From Callorhinchus milii (lineage: Eukaryota): a stretch of DNA of 64,000 bases. The stretch is taken from the NCBI RefSeq assembly GCF_018977255.1, contig NW_024704742.1:127598001-127662000 (forward strand). The letters are read 5' to 3'. The translations under genes and the position numbers were made by a program. The notes below the pieces were generated by a model. The model was not told the origin of the DNA, searched no databases, and worked only from the letters and a program-made list of their open reading frames with translations. Positions 12,436-24,870 of the stretch are shown in pieces; position 1 is the first letter of the stretch, and each line of letters starts with the position of its first letter.

Positions 12436-15400
12436 TGTATTTAAAGTTAATTACTGTAATTTATAGCAACATTAATTTCGAAGCTGATTCTTACTTCTGG
12501 TTACCAAGATGTCTCATTTGCAATTGCCTGCATTCCTTATTAAGGAATTCCATTAGAAATTCAACATTTAGACCCAACAGTGTTTTATATTTACGTATGC
12601 TACACGTAATTGATTGATCTGAAACTCAATGAGTTGAATGGTCTTTTCATGCTCCTATTTTCCTAACCTGTAGCTAGCCTGAAAGTTGCGGATGTTGAAA
12701 AAAATTCTAAGACTTCTCTACTTACACAAATTCTCCATCCTCCATGGAAAATTCATAGCAGTTCTTATAAATTAATGAGATAAATTCAGTCTATTCGAGT
12801 TGAAGAATTATGTGTGCAGCATAATGGAAAGTATTTGTAGTCAGTCTCCATAAATATTATATACTGGCTGGTGTATCATCCTGTAATTTAGCGCAGTAAA
12901 TGCTGTCACAAAGGAATCTGTGAACAACAGTCCACACTACACTGAGCCATTGAATCTCTCCCAAGAAAGCCAAGGAACATTGGAACTTGTCCAAAAAAAA
13001 AGTTGAATGGTTTAACTGCATACATGAAAAACGAATATGTATTGTATTAAATAAAAGGTAACAGGAAGAGAGAGTTAATCATTGGAAACTGATCTTAGTG
13101 TTCATATTCTGATGAGCCATTCAATCTTTAATTGTCAACTCGCTCCTAAATATTTATCGCTGTGAATTTCACATTGTCCATTGTCTCTTAGAATTAGTTC
13201 AGCATTGGTATCTGATGGCTACAATTGTAGAGAGGAGTAACTTATCCCTATTCACGTATTGCAATTGTATTTAGAATAAAAGGTAACAAAATCTGTGTTA
13301 CCAAGGTTTCCTGAAGGTAAGGGCTAATTTACAAAACCGAGAAATTTTACAACCATAAAATAATGCAATCATTCACTCCAGTCAAGGACATTTGGTACAG
13401 CCTTCATAGCACATTAGAAAACTTCTTTCAGGTCATTACACATTTGTTCTTCATGAATAAAATGTGAATTTCTAGAATCATGCTGTCTTGAACACTGGAA
13501 AGTATTTGTGCCCCGGAGTGTAGTGTTATGGCTCTGCACAGCTGAAAATTACTAATTGGAAGAGGCAAGGGACATCCATCCCAATTGTTGATTTGGATCA
13601 ATATACCGGATGTAGTAGACAAGATGTTTTGCTTGCATACTGTCAGGACCGTAGTTAGAAAGGGCAAAAAACACTCTGGTCACTCTTGTCTCTCGTCAAT
13701 GTCTGAAAGTCGTAATGTAGGTTAAATTTGTGGTGTGTAGAGAATGTGTCCAAATAGTTTTCCTTCATGGCTAAGAGCTCCTGGCTTTCCTTCAGCCTAT
13801 TTGGTAAGTCCAGCACTAAGCTGTGAGTTTGACTTGTGGTACAAAGCACATACGACAATACAATACAAAATTACATTTGTATAGCAGTCCTGACCCCAGA
13901 CTGTTCAGCGCCCTGGGATGTCCTCCCGATGTGAAAGACACTTTACAAATTTAATTTTGTTGTTGTTATTTCACATCGGGGACTGTGACTGCAGAACTGC
14001 AGAAAGGGAGTGCTTTGGGTTATCCTGACCTGCTGCTAACCACTCTAGAGGTGAAGTTAGCTTTACAATGGGCGCATCTCGTTGCCAAGGTCCCTTACAG
14101 GAGAACCTGGATTAAACAATTGATGATGGGAAACCTGGTCACACATTGTCCTGTGTAAGTCCTTTCACCCCACTGAGGGTAGATGTTCATTGAACAGCTA
14201 ATGAGAAAACTGATAACAGCTGATGGGAGGTGTTACCTGATGGAAGGGATCCAGGTTCGGGGTTTAATATTTGCTTTGATTGGTATATGGAGACATAAGC
14301 AGTTTTGCTACAAATATTCTCCAACTAATACTCAAAGCTCCAACATTGCTCAATGTGTGTCCAAGCTTTGGGCAGGATGATGAAAATTCTCCCATGCATT
14401 TCATGCTGAACTGTGGTGCTCACCATGATACTTGTTATCTAGCCACCTTGTGAGGACTCAGATTTGCACCCCTGACCAATGAGTGACTCTCTTCCTTGAG
14501 AGGATATAGCAGGATCTCTTTGGGACTGAGTTAGTACAAGGTGACATGCTATGCAATGGAATATACAAATTGAGTCAAACCTTTGTGGCAGTCTCAGTTG
14601 TCTGGTTCCTCACCTGTTTAACTAATTGTGCGCTGTCCACTTGAAGCTTAGAAATATATTAATATCTTAAAAACAAGGAAAAATAATTCTGACAGAAAAC
14701 TCAAAAATTTAATTGATTTTTATTTTATCATTGAATTTTGACCTGCAAGGGTATCTGGCTTCAATTCAATTAATACTTCTACAGCGCCTTTCACATTTGG
14801 GAGGTCGTCTCACAGCACTTGGATCCTGAACTGTCAAACAAACCCAAAAATAATACTCGATCGGGCAGATATGTGTCATCCAATACAGGCTTATTCAAGC
14901 TTATAAACCCAGGATCCAGAAGGTCTATTGTAGGTTTAAGAAGGTTAGATGTCTTTTAAACAAAATTGTTGTTCTACAGCTGTTTGCCTTTCTTCAGAAT
15001 GAGGTCGTGTGTGTGTATGTGTGAGGACACATGACACACAAAACCTTAAACCATCTTTCTCTTTCAGGTGCTGATTGAATTTTTGGCAAGTGATTCCTTT
15101 GCAAGTTTTAAGTTTAGCCTTTGTACACCAGGTGGCCTCAGTGACCTCATGTCCAATAGAAGATCATAAATGTTTTGAAATGTAAGCAAGCTCTATTTGC
15201 TAGGAGTGGTTATAAGTCCTGACTTGGGTCTATTTACATAGCACATTTTATTTTCACAGTAAAGGGAAACGGGAAGAGCTGCACCTGTGACACAGCTTGC
15301 AACAGACCGGAACATGTCAGTGATCGCCATGGCTGCCTCCTGAAGCATTTGCTTCTGATTCAGATCAATGCAGTGCAGAACACACAGAACAATTCTCATT

Positions 15401-15807
15401 CAGCTGGCGGCGTTAATACACACCTACACAAAGCAATTTCACACACAACAACTGAGACCTGTACGCTCTCCTCTCAACAGTCATATCGGCTGAGTTAGTG
15501 TCAAATTTTCTTCTTGAAAATCTATTTTTACGGAGGCCTGAATAATGCTTTAACCACTTGGTCTCTGGATTGAGTTTTTTGTTGAGTGGTACTAAACAAA
15601 TATTTAGATATTTTATTGCATTTTTAAAGCACAAGTGTATAAATATGAGGAAGCAGGGTGACCCCATTATAATTATAATAATAATAACAGTAATAATCCC
15701 TGCATTTGATATTGTGCCTTTCATGTCAGGAGGACATCTCAGAGTGCTTCACAGGATATGCTGTAAAGTGTGGGACTATATTATTTAGGCGAACGTGTAT
15801 TTTAATC

Positions 15808-16220
15808 ACAACAACTTGCACTTATATAGCGCCCTCCATGCCGGGTGGTGTCTCAGAGCGCTTAACAATGCTGGAGCCCAGGGCCGAGCCAGGGGGTGGG
15901 GGAAGGTGACCGTAGGTGCGGTCGAAGAGGAGAGTCTTCGGGTGCGACTTGAAGATGGGAAAGGAGGGGGCAAGGCAAAAGGGTTGAGGGAGGGAGGGAG
16001 TTCAAAAGTTTCAGGGTGTAGTGGCTGAAGGTACGGCCACCGATGGTGGAGCAGAGGACTCGGGGGACACGGAGGAGGCCGGATCCAGTAGAGCGGAGGC
16101 AGCAGGTACTGCTGTGGGGAGAGAGGGGGTTAGAGAGATAGGGGGGTGCCATGGAATGGAGGAATTTAAACACTAGAGTGAGGTTCTTGAAATCGATCCG
16201 CTCTGTGACAGGGAGCCAAA
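15808..16220 (-). mobile_element. L2 LINE 3' fragment
   Basis: FKFLHSMAPPYLS...LRS.GSGLLRVPR...GGRTFS, with tail acaacaacttgcacttatatagcgccc. Confidence 0.9.
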
Positions 16221-16529
16221 GGCTAATATTTTATAATGCAACTGTTCCATTGGTTCCCCCTCTCCTTGATTCTGTGTCGGTGGATGGGCCCAAAGCTACA
16301 TGAGGCTGAACCTGTTTTGAATTTAGTTAAGCTCGTGTCCAGCAAACCTGCACTCCAGCTGACATGATCCATGGACTGAAAGTGCGGTAGCTGCAGTGAG
16401 AAAATTTTCACAGAGTTTGGGGAGTGGGCATAGTATGATCTTGTTATTGACTTTCTCGCCCACATTTGACAAGTATGTTATACATCACACATCACAATTT
16501 TCACCCTATTAATCAAATCTACAGTGTAA

Positions 16530-16935
16530 AACCCTGGCTCAGTTGGTAGCAGTCTTCCCTCTGCGTAGGAAGGTTGTGGGTTCAATCCCCATGTTAAGAC
16601 TTGGAACTCCTATAGTCTAAGCTCCAACACTCCAATGCAGTGCATTGTTGAAGGTACCATCCTTCAGATGAAACATTAAACCGAGGCCCCGAGTGTCAGG
16701 TGGGCATTAAAGATCCCATGACACTATTCAAAAAGAAAAGGGAGTTTCTCTTGGTGTCTTGGCCAACAATCCCTGAGATTAAAATGATCCTGTTGTTTGT
16801 GGGACATTGCTGTATGCAGAAATTGGCTGCCCTGTTCACCCACAAAACACCCTTTACTGTAAAGTGCAGTCACTTGTCTTGTGAAGCTCTTTGGGACGTC
16901 CTCCTGACATGAGAAACACTGTAGCAAATGTAATG
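16530..16935 (+). mobile_element. SINE family B
   Basis: cctggctcagttggtagca...gggttcaatccc...aaagatcccatg...tail. Confidence 0.85.
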
Positions 16936-19488
16936 AAATTGAATGATGAAGTAATAAAATAAAATGAATAACACTTAACCTGTACCTTTATGAACTCAGT
17001 AATACCTGTAACTGACATATAAAATACCAGAAATTCTCCTCCCAGTTTACACCTTGTGTCGTAGCTGGTGGCTTCCAGTCAGATCTTCGCAGGACTGATG
17101 CTCCACTTCCTGCACAGCAATCAGGATCTCTGCATGAGATCATACACAGCACCCTGCTCCACCTGCTCTGGATTCTGTGTATTCACCGAGTGGCTCAGAA
17201 CGTGTGCAGTAACTGTAGCCATCCTGCCATATGCCATAGAGCAGCTGGAACTTCAGAGGGAGAAATAAGAGTTAAAGAGAGGATGGAATTTGCAACATGT
17301 GATGTGTTAACATACTGTTGAGAAGGGCATTTCTTCTGGTATGCTGGCCAATTTCCTAGGTAAAATTGGTCATTCACTTCATGGCGGTTTGTGGGAAATT
17401 GCTGTGCACAAATTAGCTGCTGCATTTGCTAACAAAATATGATCACTAGACTTTACAGTAAATATTGTGAAAATGTTTTGAGACATCCTCCTGAAAGGCG
17501 CTACATCAAAAATAAGGATTATTATTTTTGGTTATCAGACGTCCAGAAGACATGAAAAGCGCTATATCAAATGTAAGGATTATTCTTATTCTTATTAGCA
17601 ATAGGGTAGATATTTCAATGATGTATGAATGAACACATTGCAGATTAAAGGTTTCACTCCAAAGTGTGAGAGGTATAGAAGTTCCCAATCCCACTACCTG
17701 ATTTCTTAAAGAGTCATATAACTTACATCATTTGTAGGCCGAAACAGGACCTTTTCTGATCTAATGATATTCCTTGATTTTGATATAATCTTCAGACATG
17801 AGATTTTTAAAAAATGTTTAGATTTGGAGGTCGTAATAATGTCTGGATATTCATGCTCCTGAATAATAACCTCTGCTCCTGAGTTTGATGAGCAGCACTT
17901 GAGTCCCTAAATCATCAAGCACACTAACACACCTTACTTGTAGAATATTTCCATTCTGCTTGGCTTAGACACCATAGTACTTAGAACGTACATAAAAAAT
18001 ATGGCACAGAAACAGACCATTTGGCCCAACTATTACATACAGATGTTTGTACTCCACATGAGTCCCCACACTTCCATAGGTACTGAAATACACAAGTAAT
18101 TCAAGGTTATTTGTTATCTTTCCCATCCTCTATTATGTCCTCACTGCAGAATATCAGGGCTTTAAAATGATCAACCAAAACTGCTAAGGTCCAAACTATT
18201 GTAAAAATAAGGCTCCATCCATATATTATTGAAATGAATGGTGCAGAAGTTACTGTTATTGTGGAGGACAGTGAATAGGTTGGATTCTTCGCAACAAAAA
18301 GCAGGGACTGTCACTGGAAATTATTGAGACATTGACAGATCCAGACAACATGAAAAGCTGTGTGAGATGGCAGCTGATGGGGGGGATGCATTAAAAGGAT
18401 TAGTCTGAAAAGCCCTAAAAACAGGAAGGACATTTGAGAGAAGGTTTTAATAGATGACAGCGACGGACAAAGAACAGAGAGCAGAAGGAAGGCATAGGAA
18501 GATGCAACACCTGACATGCTGGCTTAAAATGTCTGCTAAAAAGACACATGCAGAGAGGCAGGAGGGTGGTAAGCAGAGAGAGATTTGACAGTTAAATCTG
18601 GTTGTGAGAGAAATAAGACAGCAGAGCAGGACTCTAGGCCTAGCACAAAATAAAATGAGACACATAGGAGCAGACATGAACAAAGAGACAATTTTGACAT
18701 ATGTAATCTGATTAAAACTGCTGGAATATACACGTTTAGGTGTACGTTCTTGCAACCAGAGTGAAACAAGTGTGCTTGGCTTTGTACAGCTGTGGGGTGG
18801 GGGGGGAATTCTTAACAGATAATTCATGTTTGTTCCCTTCCCATTTTCCATCAGGGTGAAGTAAGCCGTCTGCACACGCACGGCAAGCATTGGTATAGTG
18901 TTCCCTTTGTCAGACTTCATTTCGGAAAGAATGATGTCACTCCCAAGCAATCATGGCTTGACAATCCATGTACACACTAGTTTGACAGCAATGCTGCTTT
19001 CTCTGTAAGAGCCTCAACAGTAAGAGAGATTCAGAATGTAACATCAGAACTACTGTAACAAATGTAGTGATTGTCAAAACTGGGTATAATAATATTATGC
19101 AATGATAATATTTGCATTTGATATAGCGCCCTTCGGTTCAGGAAGGCGGCTCAGAGTGCTTTATAGGATTTTATAAATGAGTATTTGACAGGATTAATTG
19201 TAATCTCCAAAATGTATTTTGTAGGCAAACACAAAGTAGTGAATTTGCATGTCTCAGAAACAGCTATGAAGTCAGTGATCAATTCTATCTGGGGAATTAT
19301 TGGCCAGGACACTATTGGTGGGAAACTATTCTCTTTTCAAATTGTGCCGTATAATCTTTGATGTTTCTCTGAGCAGGCAGATGGGACCTCAGTTTAACGT
19401 CTCATCCGAAAGTCGAAACTTCTGACAATGCAACACAACACCCATTGCACAGCACTGCATTGGTGTGTCAACTTAGACTATGTGATTC

Positions 19489-19797
19489 TAATAATAATAA
19501 TAATAATCCTTGCATTTGATATAGTGCTTTTCATGTCTTCTAGACGTCCCAAAGCGCTTCACAGAATATGCTGCAAAGTGAATTGACCGTATATTTGTGG
19601 GCGAAACGCGGCAGCCAATTACGCGCAGATAGTTGTCCCACAAACACTCGTGGATTGAAAATGACCAATTTATTATTGTTTTGTTTTGGAGGGATTATTA
19701 TTAGGCGTGTGGAGTAAGGAAACTTCGCCCTGCCTGGAATTGAACCCTGGTGTCTTGCTTGCAAGGCGAGTGCTCTAACCACTGAGCTACAGGACTC
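19489..19797 (-). mobile_element. SINE family A nested in a family B SINE (19105-19488 and 19800-19860)
   Basis: The family B minus-strand sequence is split at this point and resumes with gggatttgaacccacaac...ctgactcagaggcgagag. Confidence 0.85.
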
Positions 19798-20794
19798 TCG
19801 ATATGGGATTTGAACCCACAACTTTCTGACTCAGAGGCGAGAGTGCAACCACTGAGCAAGCAGATGGGACCCTGGTTTAACTTTAGTGGTACAGCGCTGT
19901 GAAACGCTTTGAAGTGTCTGAACAATGTGATAAGGCATTATATCAAATGCAAGAATTATTATTCATTATTATATTCTATCTTTGTGGGATAACATTATAA
20001 TGATTGAATTCTGGTTACGTGTCTTTGCATAGACTTGTGGTGACAGCTATAATTCCCGGGTGTTTTAAAACTTGCTACACACGATTAAAAGTAATTGGTA
20101 CCGTTGTTGGGAGAAAGACCGTTGTTTAAAAGGGTTATTGCGCTTGACGTATCTCAATTGATCTTCGGAACAATTAGGTAATAGGGCCACATGATGACTA
20201 ACGATCAATACAGAAACAGTTTAATTAAACAGAACCAGCTCTGACCAGCGAACATCGATCAAATGTAATAATTAAAGATCATCTCCAGATTCATCTCAAA
20301 TTGACCTCAGAATTATTTCAATCAATATTTCAGGCAGTATCACTCGGAGTTCTGGGCATACATTAACTGCCCTAAAGCAGACAACAGCCAATTTAACCTC
20401 ATGAGATATGATTGCTGTTTAAATAAATCTCATTTCAATCTCTCTTATAGACTGTGGGTAAATTAAGGGAATATGGCAGAACAAGGCTCTATGATAGTCT
20501 TGTCCTTGAGCTAGCTCAATCTTAATACTACATTATATGGAATTGATTTTTAATAATAATATAATAATCTTGCATATGATATACTGTAGCTCTTTTCATG
20601 TCAGGAGGATGTCTCAAAGTACTTCACAGGATTTACTGTAAAGTTTTGTCACTGTATTTTGCAAGCAATTTTGCTATTTAAAGAAAGATTTCAAATTCTT
20701 CCTCATATTTCATAAGGTCTGTCAAGCTGCCATTTTCTTTTGTGGTTTTACCATTCTGGGCAAATTGTGTGCTATGCTGCCCAGTAGTCCTTGT

Positions 20795-21165
20795 GTGTGA
20801 GCCTGGCTCAGTTGGCAGCACTCTTGTCGGAGTTGGAAAGTTATGGGTTCAAGCCCGCCACGTTAGGGCTTGGAACTCATGTCGTCTAAGGTCATATTAC
20901 GATGCTGTGCTGAGGGTGTGTGCTCTATTATTGGAGGTTCTATCCTTCGGATGAGATGTTAACTGAAGTCCTACCTGCTTGTTCAGGTGGACATTAAAGA
21001 TCCTGTATCACTATTTGAAAACGGAGATTCTTCCCCAATCCTGGTGTCACGGCCACAAATCGCCAGAAGAAAACTGATTATTCGCTTCATAGGTTTTGTG
21101 GGATATCGCTATGCACAAATTGACTGATGTGTTTGCCTACAAAATACACAGTCACTAAACTTTGC
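20795..21165 (+). mobile_element. SINE family B
   Basis: gtgtgagcctggctcagttggcagcactc...ttcggatgagatgttaa...gttcaggtggacattaaagatcc. Confidence 0.85.
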
Positions 21166-22189
21166 ATCTCTTGCCTCATTGCAGTTTACAAAAATGAGAA
21201 TAGTTACTTGAACAAAGCCAATTGTTTTGTGTTTTTTTGCTTTCTTTTGATAACGATTTTGATTGAATTGCCATGTTTATGAAACTTGCTGTGGCATTAC
21301 TGTTGGTTCTTAGCCAGAGCCAGGATGCACTCAGGAGATGGGCTATGATTTTGAAGTATAAAAAAAACAATTTAGAGAGAATAGTACAGTTATGAAAGAA
21401 GCTTAAACATTTTTTCATACCATTCTCTTCCCTAATCCAAGAAATGAAACAAACTTTATCCAACCACTTAAGTGAATCACTGCATAGCTAAGAACATATG
21501 AAAGCTTAAGGCATATAAACCTTCCAATAAAATCAGATTGTTCTTGGACACTTTATTGCATAAGAATAGCCTTTTCGCAAGTAATATCTAAACTCTCTCC
21601 ATGTGAAAAGGTAGTGTCCAGCTTCAGTAAATGGTTCCAGGAGTAAGATAAGTTGCTTAAATATAAACTTATTAATGATTTATAGTTTTTAGCATCCAGT
21701 TTGGGTTGAATTTTTGTGATTCCTTGGGAGTACAATTTTCTAGTATTTTAGTATTATGGATAAAGCACATTCTGTTTGTACTGTAGATTCAAGATGAATC
21801 CTTATGATTTCTACAGTGAATCCTCACAGAAAATGAGTACGTATCTGGGTTGTGCAGTATGATGTCAAAGCGAATTTCACTGGATGCCTTTTGCAGACTA
21901 TCCTGAGAAGATAATTTTGTTTGCAGTTTGGGATCTGTTTAATGCCGATAATTAAAGACTGATCTACTTGTAAAGTAAAAAATCAAACTTGTTATGGATT
22001 AACTATCCATTATTATTATAGACTATTTGATTCAAAATATTGATGCGTAAATACATCGGTGCAGATCAATTCCAGCTTCTCTCCTAAATAAGCCCTTAAA
22101 AGTCCAATGGACAAGCTCGCAATTTTTCAAGAGACCATATTTTACTGTTATTAAATAGCTGGCTGTGTGGAGCAGTGATGGTGGTAGAC

Positions 22190-22340
22190 CCTGCTCTTCG
22201 ACCTCGCCTTCGGTCACCCTCCTTCCCCCACTGGCCTCCACCCTTCCCAATTCTGACCTCCAGTTCGTGTCTGAAACACTGATCGTCCAGCACCTTGGGA
22301 TGTCCTCCCGCTCTACAAATGCAATTTTATTGTTGTTGTT
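22190..22340 (+). mobile_element. L2 3' end fragment
   Basis: ctcttcgacctcgccttcggtcacc...cagcaccttgggatgtcctccc...aatgcaattttattgttgttg. Confidence 0.8.
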
Positions 22341-22778
22341 ATTGGTATGTCCAGGGTTAACAATTATTTAGAAGAGCTGAGATCCCTGCACATTAGAGAT
22401 TTGACCTTCACTGCCCTTTCTTGAAGCCGGCAGCAACACTGGTAGATATTGATATTGCATGAGGAGGGGGAGGCTGAAATCAAGTCATCACTTTGGTCAA
22501 ATTAATGACAGAATTTGGAGAGTATTTTAATGTAAACCAGTCTTAAAATCCTCACAAAATTCCAATAAGCCTTTTTACCCCCATTGTAAACATTTCACGT
22601 TATCACTGCAAAAGCCTTAACTGGTCTTTGTTAATGGGTGGGGTTCTAATCACCTTTAGATAACTCTGTCAATTCCGTTGATTTATGCCTGATATATCTT
22701 GGATATCTCCATCAAAGATATGGGGGAGCAGCAGGCAAGATTCTCAGGCGGCTTAAAGGAAGTTCTGGTGTGTATTGT

Positions 22779-23148
22779 GGAGTCCTGTAACGTATTGGTT
22801 AGAGCAATCATCTTGCAAGCGAGAGGACCCGGGTTCAAATCCTGGGCAGGGCGAAATGTTAGCCAAGTTTCCTTACTTCACACCCCTCTGTTTACCTACC
22901 AATAAATAGGAATCTAATTATTGGTTGATTGGCAGATCGCTTTTTCGGGGGTAATTATCCCTTCAAAATAAATAAATAAAATAATAATTTGGTCACTCAA
23001 TCCACGACTGTCTGTGGACACTGCTGTGCGCAATTGGCTACCGCGTTTCGCCCACAAATATACAGTCAATTCACTTTATTAAGTATATTCTGTGAAGTGC
23101 TTTGAGATGTGATAAGGCTCTATATTAAATGAAAGGATTATTATTATT
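22779..23148 (+). mobile_element. SINE family A, full length
   Basis: Head with TTGCAA anticodon loop and B box GGTTCAAATCC, Deu-like ctgtgcgcaattggct..cgcgtttcgccc, and (ATT)n tail. Confidence 0.92.
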
Positions 23149-24039
23149 GTTACCTTGTTGGCATAGGCTGCAGGAAGAACCTTCCCCCATTTTCTTAAAT
23201 GCAAGCTACAACTTGAAGCTTGACAAGAATAGAAATGAACGCAAATTACTTATTTCTATTGGCGACTGCTTTCCATTTGAGTTCCACAATGCCAAGAGAT
23301 AACTTGGAAATTGCTTTTTGACTTGGGTCTAAAGGTTACAGCTTCAAAAGTTTGTCCTCAATTGTTGATGAAGAAAACCAAACTTCACCTACAAAGAATT
23401 GTTGCAGATTTACAGTATATTGTTTGAGACCGATTTTATTTTAATGTGCAAATAATCTACTATCAGGGGACGTCCTCCTGACATAAAAGGCGCTATACAA
23501 ATCTAATTTGTTGTTGTTATCAACTTTACAAAAGATTTTCATGTTTGTTTTGGTCAGCTGAGTGTCTGACAAATATCATAATTTTTAACAGTATTTAAAG
23601 ATGACTGACAGGTCCACATTTGCATGCCACCTACACATCTAATTTCCAGACTAACTTTCTTGAGTTGGAGGTAAGCAGGGTTTCCTTGGAGCTGAGCTGG
23701 TTCCTATGCTTGGCAATGGAATATCGGATTTGAGTCAATCCTCTGTGACGGTCTTGGTAATCCAGTTTCTGAACCAGAATTTGGACAATACTGTCCAAAT
23801 AATTAATGTTTTCTCTCTAAATTTCTCCCCTTCTCTCTAAAAGTCACAGACTCATGCTGGTTTCAATTTCACAAGTAGCACTTACTCTTTGGTTCCTATT
23901 CCAGTTGCTTATCACGTGAAAACCTAGACGGTGAGTTTTGGAAAGATGTTTGACCTTCAAGGACTTTATAGCCATGTTCTGTCTTGTCCTCACCTGAAGA
24001 ACAACATTCCCACAGAAAACTGGCTTCCAAATTAAGATT

Positions 24040-24870
24040 CCTGCAAATAAGTTGAGTTCAGATACTCAGATGTAATGCTCAAGTTATACACTGGTCAAAT
24101 CAGGCCTGACGTAGCATACTGTGTGATGTTCTGATCGCTGTGACATAAAGGCTTGCTCAGGATCTAGAACCAATGCAGAAGAGAGCAAAGAGGATGATCT
24201 CCCATGTTAGAGAAATGAGCTATGAACAGCAAAGGGACAAGTTAAGACTCTTCAACCTTGAAAAGAGATGTCTCAGAGTGGACCTGATGCAGGTGCATAA
24301 GAATGGGATCGAGAAAGAAACCCCAAACAATTGTTTCAAATACAGCTGGGCAGCAAAATAAGATTATAATAATAATAATAATTCTTGTGTTTGATTTAGC
24401 GCCTTATCACATCTTTGAGACGTCTCAAAGCACTTCACATAATATATTCTACATTGAATTTGTGGGCGAAACGTGGCAGCCAATAGAATGGATTGAAGTA
24501 ACCAATTTATTTATTTATTTATTGATTGATTGACTGATTGATTAATTGAAGAAATTATTACCCCGGAAAAGCGATCCACCAATCGACTAACAACTGGGTT
24601 CCTGCTTACTGCTAGGTAAGCAGAGGTGAACAGTTTCACCAAAGTAAAGTGCAGATTCAGGACAGACAACAGGGAACATTTCTTTGCCCAGATGACAATT
24701 AACAACATGAAATGGTTACCAGAATGGATGGCTGAGGTCAGAAAGATGGACTGATTTAAGAAGCAGCTTGTTTCTTTTGTTGGGAGGATGGTAGGGTGAG
24801 TATTTTGGAAGAATGAGATCAAATGGGCCAAAGGAGTTTCTTTATTCAAATCAATCTTGTGATCTTGTAG
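24040..24870 (+). mobile_element. CR1 LINE 3' fragment interrupted by a SINE at 24363-24627
   Basis: QKRAKRMISHVREMSYEQQRDKLRLFNLEKRCLRVDL. It resumes after the SINE with FR.D.R..FF and the CR1 3' UTR. Confidence 0.88.
24363..24627 (-). mobile_element. SINE family A, 5'-truncated, inserted in CR1
   Basis: Family A tail and body on the minus strand, with CR1 sequence on both sides. Confidence 0.85.

Noticed and set aside
17040..17260. Coding-like segment with a minus-strand acceptor, faintly like a Harbinger Myb/SANT protein
   Set aside because: All minus-strand frames stop within the segment and the similarity is too weak to support.
22779..22850. tRNA-Ala gene
   Set aside because: It is a SINE head continuing into SINE body, with a degenerate cloverleaf. 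The same applies to the other tRNA-like hits.
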